From assembly GCA_963743525.1 (NCBI GenBank), contig CAVUQH010000003.1, positions 1,056,001 to 1,120,000 of the forward strand: DNA of 64,000 nucleotides, given 5' to 3'. How positions within the stretch are numbered: the stretch's first letter is position 1; the number at the start of each line of letters is the position of its first letter. The position numbers and the translations under genes were made by a program. The notes below the pieces were generated by a model, which saw only the letters and a list, made by a program, of their open reading frames with translations, was not told the DNA's origin and ran no database searches. Below are positions 12,658-24,090 of this stretch, piece by piece. This DNA comes from an uncultured delta proteobacterium. GTDB taxonomy: Bacteria > Myxococcota_A > Polyangia > Haliangiales > Haliangiaceae.

Positions 12658-13195
12658 TCAGGACTCGTCGAACGTCGAGCTCGGTCGAGCGCCGCCCAGC
12701 GAGGGTCGCCGGGCGGTCGTCGGCCGCTCGGCGTCGCCCGGCCTCGACGTCGTCCTCGGTCGTGGTCGGGGAACCGCTCGGGATCCGGGCCCGGGCAGTC
12801 CTCGGCGCACAGCGGCGCCAGCGGCAGGCTCGACAGCACCAGCTCGCGCACGAGCGGCTCGAGATCGAGCAGATCGCCGTCGATGGGCAGGATCTCGTCG
12901 TCGATCGGCTCGCGCTGGCAGACCTCGCGGAACGTCGACGTCGACGTGCCGGTGGACGTCGTCGAGGCAGCGCCGGCACTCGCCGTACCAGTCGAAGCCC
13001 ACGGCGCCCGATCGACCTCGACGCCGCCGGCCATGCGCCATCGACCGTCCCGTCGACGTCGAGCGGCGTGCCGGGGATGGTGCTGGCCGTCGATGGTGGC
13101 CAGAGCGCCGAGCGTCGACTGCGACGTCGACGTCGCGACGGCTGCCCGGGCTCCCGGAGCAGGTCGCCGACCCGGACCACGAGTGGCCGGGCCAT
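12658..13195 (-). CDS. DUF177/YceD family protein (frameshifted)
   Basis: [38 protein letters not shown]; directly upstream of rpmF. Confidence 0.88.
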
Positions 13196-13198
13196 CGG

Positions 13199-13861
13199 TC
13201 AGTCGTCGTCCTGGTCGAAGAACGCGGCGTCGTCGGGCACGGCCTCGAGCCGGCGGGCCGGCGTCGACGGCGCCGGCTCGTCGGCGGCCGTGGCCCTGGC
13301 CGTCGTCGCGGCGCCGGTCGCCTCGTCGCGGCGCTGGCTGCCCTGGAGCTTGGCCCGGCCGGCGCTGACCACCTTCATGGTGCGCTCGAGCACGATCTCG
13401 AAGCTGGCCAGCCGCTGGTCGCAGAAGTCCTCGGCCTCGAGCTTGAGGCGGCGGGCCTCGGCGTCGGCGGCGTCGACGACCGAGCGGGCCCGCGCCTCGG
13501 CCGCCTTGACCACCTCGGTCTCGCTGCACCATCTGGTCGGCCTGGGCGCGGGCCGCGGCGAGGATCTCGTCGGCCTCGCGGCGCGTGCCGGGCCAGGAAC
13601 TCCTCGCGCTGCTTGAGCAGCCACTTGGCCGCCCGCAGCTCCTCGGGCAGGCGCTCGGTGGCCTCGTCGAGCAGGTCGAGGACCTCGGCCTGGTTGATCA
13701 TCACCGAGGTCGACAGCGGCATGGGCCGCGCCTGCTCGATCAGGTCGCGGAGCTCGCGGAGCGACCGACTCGACCTGCGGCGCCGCGTACGGCGACTGCC
13801 CGGGACGCTCGGCGCCGACGGTCGACGGCGTCCTCGGCGTCGTGTCGCCACGGTCGCTCAT
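13199..13861 (-). CDS. Coiled-coil SepIVA/Rv2927c-like protein
   Basis: ELRDLIEQARPMPLSTSVMINQAEVLDLLD...LPEELRAAKWLLKQREE...EAEDFCDQRLASFE; located between coaD and yceD. Confidence 0.75.
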   Translation of the reverse strand: MSDRGDTTPRTPSTVGAERPGQSPYAAPQVESVAPRAPRPDRAGAAHAAVDLGDDQPGRGPRPARRGHRAPARGAAGGQVAAQAARGVPGPARAARPTRSSPRPAPRPTRWCSETEVVKAAEARARSVVDAADAEARRLKLEAEDFCDQRLASFEIVLERTMKVVSAGRAKLQGSQRRDEATGAATTARATAADEPAPSTPARRLEAVPDDAAFFDQDDD

Positions 13862-14336
13862 CCGAACTTCTCCTGCAGTCGCTTGGCGACCGGCGTCGGG
13901 CACCATCTCGGTGACGTCGCCGCCGAAGCGGGCGATCTCGCGGAGCAGCTTGGAGGCGACGAAGGAGTGCTCGGTGGCCGAGGGGATGAACAGCGTGTCG
14001 ACGCCGGAGATCTTGCGGTTCATGTGGGCCTGGTGCATCTCGGACTCGAAGTCGGACACGGCCCGCAGGCCCTTGACGATGACGTCGGCACCGACCTCGC
14101 GGGCCAGGTCGACGACCAGGCTGGCGAACTGCGCGACCTCGACGTTGTCGAGGTGCGCCAGCGCTCTCCTCGATCATCGCCTCGCGGTCGTCGAGGTCGA
14201 ACAGCGGCTCGCCCTTCTGGGGGTTGCGCATGGCGGCGACGATGACCTCGTCGAACAGGCGGGAGGCCGTCTCGATGATCTCGAGGTGGCCGTTGTGGAT
14301 CGGGTCGAACGTCCCGGGATAGAGGACGGTCCTCAC
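13858..14336 (-). CDS. coaD: Phosphopantetheine adenylyltransferase
   Basis: YPGTFDPIHNGH, KGLRAVSDFESE, SFVASKLLREIARFGGDV. Confidence 0.96.
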
Positions 14337-14933
14337 GCATCTGCTCCTGTCGGTCGGGGGTCGCCGATGGCGTCCGGCTCGGGGTCCGGTGGACGGGCGA
14401 ACACGACCACCGTACCGCCGTAGGTCCGCTCCCTCACCTTTTCCCACCCGTCCGGGAGCGCCGACGCTGCGGTCGGACTCGACCACGACGACGCCGTCCT
14501 CGGCCAGCCGGCCGGCGAGCCGGTCGAGCAGCCCGGGCCAGTCGTCGAAGGCGTACGGCGGGTCGGCCAGCGACCAGGTCGACGACCGTCGGGCAGCAGC
14601 CCGGGTCGGCGACGGCCTGCTCGACCCGGCACCGGACGCACGGTGGCGCGGTCGGCCAGCCCGAGGGTCGTCGAGGTTGCGTCGATGGACCGCCTCGGCG
14701 GCGCGGCGGTCGGACTCGACGAAGTGGACGTGGGCCGCGCCCGGCTCAGCGCCTCGATGCCCAGCGCGCCGCTGCCGGCGTAGAGGTCGGCGACGACGGC
14801 GTCCTGCGACCGCACCCAGGCTGTGCAGCGCGTTGAACACCGCCTCGCGGACGCGGTCGGTGGTGGGCGGCGTGTCGGTGCCGGGCGGGGCGCGGAGCCG
14901 GCGGCCTCGGGCGGTGCCGGCGACGACGCGCAC
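14333..14933 (-). CDS. rsmD: 16S rRNA m2G966 methyltransferase
   Basis: MRVVAGTARGRRL, PTTDRVREAVFN, DLYAGSGALGIEALS, ADPPY. Confidence 0.93.
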
Positions 14934-14936
14934 CGC

Positions 14937-16048
14937 TCACCCGTACGAGGAGCCGGCCGTGCCGTAGGGCAGGGAGATCCAGGTCCTGCCCGGGCGTGAG
15001 CATGATCGCGTTGCCGTCGGCGTCGAGGTACGTGGTGCGGGTCGTGGCGTCGGGCTTGGACCAGGTGCCGGCGGTGACCGTGCCCCGGCTGAACACCCAG
15101 GCCTCGCCCTCGCCGGTGACTGGCGGTGGGGACGACGCAGCCGGCCTCGTCGCGGGTGCCCGAGTCGACGGCCTGGGTGAAGCGGACGATGACGTTGTCG
15201 ACCGCGACTGGCTCGCCGTCGGCGTCGACGTGCGGGTGGCCGGCCTGGAACCGGAGCCAGTGCTGGCCGTCCCAGTCGAAGTGCACGACCGTGCCGCCGG
15301 CGCCGGGAGCTGAAGGCCGGTGGGAACCGGATCGACGACCGTGGTGGCCGGCGTCGCGATCGGGCGACGGCGGCTCGACCGGTCGTCGGCGAAGGTGAAG
15401 ATCGGCTCGGGCGGCCCGGTCGGCGCCCTCGGGGGCGGTGGCGCGGATCTCGGCGGTGCCCTGGGCGAAGGAGTTGTAGGGCGCCGGCCGGCTGCGCTCG
15501 CGGTAGAAGAGCTGCGGGATGTCGTCGATCGACCGGGGCACGATCGTCGGCGCTGCGCACGTCGGCCCGCAGCATGCCGTTGGCGCCGTGCCAGGTGAAC
15601 AGCGGCCGGTTCAGCTCCTCGAGCAGGCCGATCTCGGATCCCCGGGCCGAGCGGATCGGACCGATCGGTGACCGGCGTCGGTGGACTGGAACAGCGGCAG
15701 GAACGGGTGACCGTGCCCTCGACGGTGATCTCGTAGACGACGTCGGCGGCGTTGATGCCCGACCTGGGGCGTGGACTTGCCGTCGACGTTGTCGATACTT
15801 GACGGCCACGACCGGCCGCTCGTAGATCGGCTTCGTCGGTCGCGGCAGACCGGTGAGCGCCGACGCCGCGGCGCCGGCTCGGTGCGTGGTGGTCGTCGCC
15901 GTGGTCGTGGCCGTGGCGCGTCGTGGTCGGTCGCGGCGGCGACTCGGTCGTCGTCCGCCGCCGCAGGCGGCGAGGACGAGGACGGCGGCGAGCACGAGGA
16001 TGACGGCGCGGATGCGTCGCGCGATCGCCAGTCGTGCTGCTTGCTCAT
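14937..16048 (-). CDS. DUF3048 domain lipoprotein (frameshifted)
   Basis: Lipobox LAAC, Thr-rich linker, RPVVAVKIDN, PQVGINAADVVYE, GPIRSAR, LTPG.TWI. Confidence 0.82.
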
Positions 16049-16114
16049 CGCGTCCAGTGTGCCAGCGGCCCCTGCCGCGGTCGCGGCACCGGCGACCGGT
16101 ACCGTCGCGTCGAC

Positions 16115-16330
16115 GTGTTCGAGCCCGACCAGCGTCATCACCTGCATCGACTGCGGCGGCCGGGCCCACCTCAACTCGGCTACGCCCCCGAGGACGGGCT
16201 GGGCAGCCGGGCGACGTGACCGTCTACCGCTGCGAGGACTGCCTCGACGCCTGGTACCTCGAGGTCCCGGAGCAAGACGATGGGACCGGGGACGACCCGG
16301 GTTGCGCGACCGTCGGCCACGGCGTCCGAC
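16115..16330 (+). CDS. Small Zn-ribbon protein (2x CxxC)
   Basis: Reconstructed across indels: VITCIDCGGRAHL...PEDGWQPGDVTVYRCEDCLDAWYLEV; stop not resolved. Confidence 0.6.
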
Positions 16331-16369
16331 GGTCCGTGCACCGGAGCTCACGCGGTTCGCCGGCGTTGG

Positions 16370-18523
16370 TCAGGACTTCAGGAGGAACTCCTCCTCGTCC
16401 TCGCCGAGGAACAGGCCGACCTCGTCGAGCAGGGCGTCGGGCGGACGCCCTCGGGCCGGTCGACCAGCTCGAACGCCGCCTCGCGGGCTCGCTCGACCAC
16501 ACTCCCGGTCGCGTGCGCAGCGACGCCAGCTTCAGGTCGTTGCGGCCCTTCTGGCGCTCGCCCATGAGCGTGCCCTCGCCGCGGAGGTCGAGGTCGACCT
16601 CGGCCAGCTCGAAGCCGTCGGTGGTGCGCACCATGCGCCTCGAGGCGGGCCTGCGCCGTCCGTCGGTCGGCGCCCGTCGCCCACCAGGTAGCAGATCGAC
16701 GCGTGCGGCGCCGCGGCCGACGCGGCCGCGGAGCTGGTGGAGCTGGGCGATGCCGAACCGGTCGGCGTCGAGGATGACCATCACCGTGGCGTTGGGGACG
16801 TCGACGCCGACCTCGATGACGGTGGTGGCGACCAGCACGTCGAGCTCGCCCGGCCGGAACGCGGTCCATCGTCGCCTCCTTCTCGTCGGCGCCATCCGGC
16901 CGTGCAGCAGCCCGACGCGGAGGCCGTGCGAGCTCGCCGTCGGCCGGCGAGCCGCTCGAAGGTCTCCTGGCCGAGCGGACCTCGAGCTTCTCGGACTCCT
17001 CGACGAGCGGGCAGACGACGTAGGCCTGCCGGCCGGCGGCGCACCTCGGCCCGGACGCTGGTCCCACATCTGCGGCCTGCGTCGTCCTCGGTCGCGCGGC
17101 CCACACGGTCTGCGATCGGGGTGCGGCCCGGGCGGCAGCTCGTCGAGGACCGACACGTCGAGGTCGCCGTAGACGGTCATCGCCGCGGTGCGCGGGATCG
17201 GCGTGGCCGTCATGACCAGCACGTCGGGCGTGGCGCCGCCGGCGCCCTTGTCGCGCAGCGCGGCCCGCTGCTCGACGCCGAAGCGGTGCTGCTCGTCGAT
17301 CACGACCACGCCCAGCGAGCGGAAGTCGACGTCGTCCTGGATGCAGCGCGTGGGTGCCGATGACGAGGTCGACCGCGCCGGCGGCGAGGTCGGCGGTGAT
17401 CTGCGCGGCGCTCGGCGGCCGGGACCCGGTTGGTGAGCAGCTCGACCCGCAGCGGGCGGTCGCCGAAGCAGGGCGCCCTGCCGTCGCCGACGGTGAAGCC
17501 CGTCGAGCAGGCGCCGGATGCCCGAGGCGTGCTGCTCGGCCAGCACCTCGGTGGGGGCCATCAGCGCGCCCTGGTGGCCGCCCTGCGACCGCGACGAGCA
17601 GCGCCGAGACGGCCACCAGGGTCTTGCCGGCGCCGACGTCGCCCTGCAGCAGCCGGTGCATCGGGTGCGGGCCGGCGCCAGGTCGGCGGCGATCTCGGCG
17701 ATGACCCGCTCCTGGGCGCCGGTGAGCGGGAACGGCAGCGCCGGCGTGGAACCGGTCGACGCAGCCGGCCGCGACGTGCGTCGTGGGCGATGCCGCCGTG
17801 GTCGCGCTCGATCGGCCCGCTTGCGCAGCACCAGCGCCAGCTGGACCCGCAGCAGCTCGTCGAAGACCAGGCGCTTGCGGGCCACGGCGACGTCGGCCAG
17901 CGACTCGGGCGGTGGATGCCGTGGAAGGCGCTGGTGCGGTCGATGAGGTCGTGGCGGTCGAGCAGCGCACTCGGGCAGCGGGTCGGCGAAGTCGCCGGCC
18001 CGCCGCAGCGACCTCCTCGACCCAGCCGGCCGACGTCCTAGGACGTGAGCCGGACCTTCTCGGACTGGGGGTAGACGGGGACGATCCGGCCGGTCTGGTC
18101 GCCGATCAGGTCGACGACCGGGTTCGTCATCTGGCGTCGGCCCTGGAAGACGTCGACCTTGCCGAAGAACACGGCCTCGGTGCCCGGCCGGAGCTGGTGC
18201 TCGCGCCAGCGCCTGGTTGAAGAAGCTGACCTTCAGGTCGCCCGAGTCGTCGCGTGACGTCGCCGGTGACCATGACCCGCCCGCCCGCACCCGACGCGAC
18301 GCTGAGCTCGACCACCGGGCCAGCACCGAGGCGGTCTCGCCGAGCGCCAGGTCGCGGATCCGGGCCTCCTTGGTCCGGTCGATGTAGCGGCGGGGGTAGT
18401 GGGTGAGCAGGTCGAAGACGGTGTGGATGCCGAACCGTGCGCCAGGGCCTCGGCCTTCGGGGCCCGACGCCCGTCGAGGCGGGTGACGTCGATCCGGTCG
18501 AGCTGATCGAGCGTCCGGGCCAT
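16370..18523 (-). CDS. recG: ATP-dependent DNA helicase RecG (frameshifted; in-frame TAG at 18038-18040)
   Basis: LLQGDVGAGKT, MAPTEVLAEQH, IDEQHRFGVEQR, MTATPIPRT, RFGIAQLHQLRGRVGRG, DGFELAEVDLDLRGEG. Confidence 0.96.
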
Positions 18524-18608
18524 GACGCGATGATGCCCGACCTCACCGACAGTCGTCGGCGAGGCCGGGCGAGCGTCCGAGGTCGTCGTATGTCGGCCGG
18601 TGGACGGG

Positions 18609-19240
18609 TCAGGCGGAGCGCAGGCCCTGACGAGCTGCGTCCTTGTTCATCTGCGAGCGGCCGTCGACGTCGAGCTCCTGGGCCCGCTCGTACAGCTCGT
18701 CCTTGGTCCAGCTCTCGTACGGGCCGGAGGGATGGTCTCGGCGCCGGCGCGGCGGCCTCGGCGGCGCCGGTGTCGGCGGCCTTGACGACCGGTCGGCGGC
18801 GTCGCCGGCCTCGTCGCCGATGCGGGAGCCGACGTCGCCGGCGCGTCGGAGACGACACGGAAGTTGCGCTCGACGTCGGCGGCGGCCTCGCGGGCCTGGT
18901 TGGTGATGCGTGGAGCCGGCGCGGCGAGCGGTGCGCACGCTGCGCGGCCGGTGTCGCGGAGGGTCTCGGCGGAGTCCTCGAGGCGTCCTCGGTGGCCTCG
19001 GCCAGCTCGGACACGCCGGTCCAGGTCACGGTCAGCAGGCCGCGGAGCGCGTCGTAGGTTGGTCGACGGTGATGCAGGCCGGACTGCCGGATGGCCTCGG
19101 CGTTGACGGCGCCGACGCGGCAGCACGAGCGGCGTCGAAGCGGCGAAGGCATCCGCTCGGCCGACCTTCACGGCGGTCACGTCCACCGTTCTGGCGAGGT
19201 CGGCGAAGGTGGTCGTCGATGGTGTCGGTCGAGCTGTCAT
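18609..19240 (-). CDS. Ala-rich helical protein with C-terminal Rho-N-like domain
   Basis: C-terminus PYESWTKDELYERAQELDVDGRSQMNKD..L is a helix-extension-helix Rho-N-like motif; N-part reconstructed across indels. Confidence 0.65.
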
Positions 19241-19243
19241 GCT

Positions 19244-19280
19244 TGCAGCACCTACCCGAGTGCTGCATCATGCCATGCAG
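19244..19280. promoter_or_regulatory. Overlapping inverted repeats upstream of the 19240 gene (putative operator)
   Basis: TGCAGCAC-N8-GTGCTGCA (19244-19267) and CTGCAT-N6-ATGCAG (19263-19280); the first encloses GGGTAG on the minus strand. Confidence 0.4.
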
Positions 19281-19313
19281 TTTCTGACGGTGACACCCGC
19301 CACTGCCGGCTGG

Positions 19314-21014
19314 CTACTCGATGCCGAAAGGTACGGGTACAGCGGCTGGCCGCCGTGGTGGACCTCGGCCTCGACGTCGGGGCGGTGCTCGGCCAGCCAC
19401 TCGGTGACGTGTCGGGTGACGCCGGCCGAGGCGCCCTCGCCCTCGATGACGGTGACGATCTCGTGCTCGCCCTCGTCGACCAGCGCGTCGAGCAGTCGCG
19501 GTGCACGCCTCGGCGAGCTCGCCGGCGACGACCTCGATGCCGTCGCGGGCGATGCCCAGCCAGTCGCCCTCGGCGATGGGGCCGGCGTCGCACGTCGAGT
19601 CCCGGACGGCCTGGGTGATCTCGCCGGGCACCGACGGCCTCGGCCGGCGTCGCCCATGGCCTCGGCGTTGGCGTCGGCCGACGGCCTCGGGGTCGTAGGC
19701 GATCAGCGCGGCGAAGCCCTCGGTGATCGACCGGGTGGGCACGCACGCGCACCGTCTTGTCGGTGAGCTCGTCGACCTGCTCGGCCACGGCGATGATGTT
19801 CTTGTTGTTGGGCAGGATCACGACCTCGGGCGCGGGCACGGCCTCGACCGCCTCGAGCAGCTGGGCGGTCGACGGGTTCATCGACTGGCCGCCGGTGACC
19901 ACCTGCTGGACGCGCAGGTTGGCGAAGATGCGCCGGATGCCGTCGCCGGTGGCGACGGCGACCACGCCGCAGGGCACGGGTTCGGGCGGCGGGCTCGGGA
20001 TCGGCGCCCGGCCTCGCGGACCCAGCGCTCCTCCTCGACCGTCGCAGCTCGTCGAGCAGGTCGGTGACGCGGATCTGGCGGGGCCGGCCGATCTCGATGG
20101 CGGCCTCGATGGCGGCGCCGATCTCGTCGGTGTGGATGTGGCAGTTGTAGATGCCGTCGCCACCGACGACCACGATGGAGTCGCCGATGCCGGCCCACAC
20201 CTCCCGGAAGCGCGGGCATGGCCTCGTCGGGGGCCTCGAGGAGGTACATCACCTCGTAGCGGAGCTCGGACACGTGCTTGCCGGTCTCGGGTGCCGGCCG
20301 GTCGGCCCGTGGTCGCTGAGCGCCTCGACCGCCCGGGCCGGTCGGCGACATCGGCCGGGCCGTCGGGCGGTGCGGGCACGGTCGCGGCCGTCGACCACGT
20401 GGAGCAGGGCGTCGAGCAGCAGCAGGAAGCCGGCGCCGCCGGCGTCGACCACGCCGGCCTCCTTCAGCACCGGCAGCAGCTCGGGCGTGTTGTCGAGCGA
20501 CGACCTGCCCGGCCGTGGCGCGTCCGTTCGAGCAGCTCGACCAGCGCGACGCCCGTCGTCGGCGGCGGCCCGCGACGCCTCGGCCGCCTCGCGGACGACG
20601 GTGAGGATCGTGCCCTCGACCGGACGCTGCACGGCCTCGTAGGACAGCTCGGAGGCGCGGCGCGAGCGCGGCGGCGAGGATCGGCGGCGTCGACCACGTC
20701 GGGCTCGCGCACGATCTCGGTCATGCCCCGCAGCAGCTGCGACAGGATGACGCCGGAGTTGCCCCGGGCCCCCATGAGCGAGCCGTGGGCGACCGCCTTG
20801 CAGGTGGCCGCCATGTCGGGTCGTCGCCGCCGCCGTCGGCGACCGCCTCGGCCACCGAGTCCAGCGGTGAGGGCCATGTTGGTGCCGGTGTCGCCGTCGG
20901 GCACCGGGTACACGTTCAGCCGGTTGATGGCCTCCTGGTGCCGGACAGCGCGTCGCCGAAGGCGGCGACACGCGGCGAAGTCGCCGGCACCCGAGGTCGG
21001 TCGAGGGTCGTCAT
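19314..21014 (-). CDS. DAK2 domain protein (FakA/YloV-like fatty-acid kinase subunit; frameshifted)
   Basis: INRLNVYPVPDGDTGTNMALT, GARGNSGVILSQ, PVEGTILTV, GVVDAGG, GGQSMNPST, LPNNKNI, GGQPLYPY. Confidence 0.93.
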
Positions 21015-21155
21015 CGGCGGGCAACCCTACCGATGGCGGCAGTCCGGCGCGTGGACCGGGCCACGTGACCCCGTGTGGTGCGGTGCGGGGCCAGGGTTAG
21101 GGTGACCGAACCCATCGTGGTGCACACCGGCCGCGGAACCGTCAGCGAGGCCGAC

Positions 21156-21409
21156 GTGCAGGGTGTGATCAAGTCGTACGACCCGGTGACCGGCGACGGA
21201 GTCATCATCGCCGACACCGATCTGGCCGAGTACGACCTGGCGCCCGGCGCACTCAGGGCTCGGTCTTCCGGATGGTGCGCCAGGGTCAGCGGGTCGTCTT
21301 CGACCTCGACGACCGCGGTCGGGCCACCGGCGCTGCGGCTGGGCTCCGAAGTGGACATGGGCACGCCGCACTTCCCCCAGGACGACTGCCCCTGGAGACC
21401 GGGATCTGA
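21156..21409 (+). CDS. Cold-shock-domain-like (OB-fold) small protein
   Basis: VQGVIKSYDPVTGDGVII...GSVFRMVRQGQRVVFDLDDRGRAT resembles the CSD pattern; one frameshift. Confidence 0.65.
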
Positions 21410-21485
21410 CGCGTCCGGACCCGCCGGCCGCAGCGGTCCCCCGACCGAAGTCGCAACGGCGCGACGAGAGGCGAGACACGAGACG

Positions 21486-23301
21486 ATGGCCGCGACGACC
21501 GACCAACGAGAAGCTCAAGGCCTGGGTCGACGAGTGGGCGGAGATCTTCCAGCCCGACGCCATCGAGTGGTGCGACGGCTCCGACGAGGAGTGGGACCGG
21601 CTGACCAGCCTGCTGGTCGAGCAGGGCTCGTTCACCCGCCTCGACGACGCCAAGCGGCCCAACAGCTTCCTGTGCAACTCCGACCCGGCCGACGTGGCCC
21701 GGGTCGAGGACCGCACCTTCATCTGCTCCGAGCGAGGAGATCGACGCCGGCCCCACCAACAACTGGCGGGCGCCGGCGGAGATGAAGGAAGAGGTGCTCG
21801 GCCTTCTACCGGGGCGCCATGCGGGGCCGCACGATGTACGTCGATGCCCTTCTCGATGGGCCCGCTCGGCTCGCCCATCGCCCACATCGGCGTGCAGCTC
21901 ACCGACTCGCGCCTACGTGGTCGTCAACATGCGGATCATGACCCGCATGGGCCAGGGCGCCCTCGACGTGCTCGGCGACGGCGAGTGGGTCCGCTGCCTG
22001 CACTCGGTCGGCTACCCGCTGGTGCTCGCCGACGGCACCGACGCGACCCGACGTCGCCTGGCCCTGCGACGCCGACAACAAGTACATCTGCCACTTCCCC
22101 GAAGACCGCGAGATCTGGTCCTACGGCTCCGGCTACGGCGGCAACGCCCTGCTGGGCAAGAAGTGCTTCGCCCTGCGCATCGCCTCGACCATGGCCCGCG
22201 ACGAGGGCTGGATGGCCGAGCACATGCTCATCGTCGGCGTGACCCCGCCCGACGGCGAGAAGCGCTACATCGCCGCCGCGTTCCCGTCGGCCTGCGGCAA
22301 GACCAACATGGCCATGCTGGTCCCGACCCTGCCCGGCTGGAAGGTCGAGACCGTCGGCGACGACATCGCCTGGATGAAGTTCGGCGACGACGGCCGGCTC
22401 TACGCCATCAACCCCGAGGCCGGCTTCTTCGGCGTGGCGCCGGGCACCAGCGAGGACACCAACCCCAACGCGCTGCGCTCGGTCGACGCCAACTCCATCT
22501 TCACCAACGTCGCCAAGACCGACGACGGCGACGTCTGGTGGGAGGGCCTGACCGAGCCGCCGGCCCACCTGATCGACTGGAAGGGCAACGACTGGACGCC
22601 CGACGTCCGACGCGCCGGCCGCCCACCCCAACGCCCGGTTCACCGCCCCGGCGTCGCAGTGCCCGTCCATCGCCCCCGAGTGGGAGGACCCGGCCGGCGT
22701 GCCGATCTCGGCCATCCTCTTCGGCGGTCGCCGGGCCACCAACGTCCCGCTGGTCACCGAGGCCTTCGACTGGCAGCACGGCACCTTCCTCGGCTCGATC
22801 ATGAGCTCGGAGAAGACGGCAGCCGCGGCCGGCACGGTCGGCGAGGTCCGCTTCGACCCCTTCGCCATGCTGCCCTTCATGCGGCTACAACGCCGGCGAC
22901 TACATGCAGCACTGGCTCGACATCGGCGACGGCGACCGACGCCGACAAGCTGCCCCAAGCTGTTCTGGGTCAACTGGTTCCGCAAGGGCGAGGACGGCTC
23001 GTTCCTGTGGCCCGGCTTCGGCGACAACAGCCGGGTGCTCAAGTGGGTCCTCGAGCGCCTCGACGGGACGGCCGACGCCGTCGAGACCGCCATCGGCCGG
23101 GTGCCCACGCCGAGCTCGCTCGACACCGAGCGGCCTCGACATCGACGCCGGCCGTCCTCGACGAGCTGCTCGCCGGTCGACAACGAGTCGTGGCGCCAGG
23201 AGATCCCGCTCATCGAGGCGCACTTCGACTTCATCGGCGAGCGCCTGCCCGAGCGAGCTGCCGACCAGCTCGACGACCTGGAGAAGCGCCTGAGTAGCTG
23301 A
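21486..23301 (+). CDS. pckG: Phosphoenolpyruvate carboxykinase (GTP) (frameshifted)
   Basis: [79 protein letters not shown]. Confidence 0.97.
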
Positions 23302-23343
23302 GTCATTGGAGCGTTCTCGCTCCTTGGTCGCGGTGTGAAAACA

Positions 23344-23381
23344 GCGATCGGGCCCCCGCTCGTGAGCGGGGGCCCGATCGC
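23344..23381. terminator. Bidirectional intrinsic terminator
   Basis: Perfect 18-bp inverted repeat GCGATCGGGCCCCCGCTC-gt-GAGCGGGGGCCCGATCGC between convergent genes; followed by ATTT on + and TGTTTT on -. Confidence 0.8.
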
Positions 23382-23445
23382 ATTTCCGGCGGACCCAGGC
23401 GGACAGGAAGCCGTGGTCCGGTGGTTCCCTCCCGGGGGAGGTTCG

Positions 23446-23715
23446 TCAGCTGTGGCGGGAAGGAAGGGGGAGCAGACCGACCTGGCGGCAGCGGTCGGCG
23501 AGCTCGGCGAGCGCACCGACGTACTGGTCGCGGTCGAGAGCGCCGGCGAGGTACTCCTCGCGCAGGTCGAGGAACATGCCTTCGACGAGCAGGTCGACGA
23601 GTTGCTCGAACAACCGGTCGTGGAGCTCGTCGTCGGCGTCGATGAGTTGGATGGTGCCCAGGATGTCGTCCTGCTCGGCGTTCACCCGGTGCACCAAGCG
23701 CTCGTGTGCGTCCAT
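23446..23715 (-). CDS. Hypothetical acidic helical protein (89 aa)
   Basis: Clean ORF MDAHERLVHRV...LLPLPSRHS with protein-like composition. Confidence 0.7.
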   Translation of the reverse strand: MDAHERLVHRVNAEQDDILGTIQLIDADDELHDRLFEQLVDLLVEGMFLDLREEYLAGALDRDQYVGALAELADRCRQVGLLPLPSRHS

Positions 23716-23853
23716 GACCGAGGGTTCGCCGCGCACCCGACCACCTCCTTCCCTACCGATCGCGATTCCTGCACGATCGACGGGCCCCGGCGCGTCCGGG
23801 GGCCGACCGCTTAGGATCGCCCCAGCCGGTGAAGCGAACGAAGGGGTTCTGCG

Positions 23854-24090
23854 ATGGCAGTCAGCGCGTACATCCTCATCCAGACCGAGGTGGGCAAGGC
23901 CGCCGAGGTCGCGTCCGCCGTGGGTCAGCTCGAGGGCGTCACCACCGCCGAGGACGTCACCGGCCCCTACGACGTCATCGCTCGTGCCGAGGCCGAAGAC
24001 GTCGACCAGCTCGGCCGGATGGTGATCAGCCGCGTGCAGATCATCAGCGGCATCACCCGCACGCTCACCTGCCCGGTGGTGCACGTCTGA
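23854..24090 (+). CDS. Stand-alone Lrp/AsnC ligand-binding domain protein
   Basis: AYILIQTEVGKA...VTGPYDVIARAE...ITRTLTCPVV; no HTH. Confidence 0.9.
   Translation: MAVSAYILIQTEVGKAAEVASAVGQLEGVTTAEDVTGPYDVIARAEAEDVDQLGRMVISRVQIISGITRTLTCPVVHV

Noticed and set aside
5610..23301. Mass pseudogenisation or programmed frameshifting
   Set aside because: Essential genes are affected, indels are scattered without slippery-site consistency, and residues remain conserved, which fits sequencing error.
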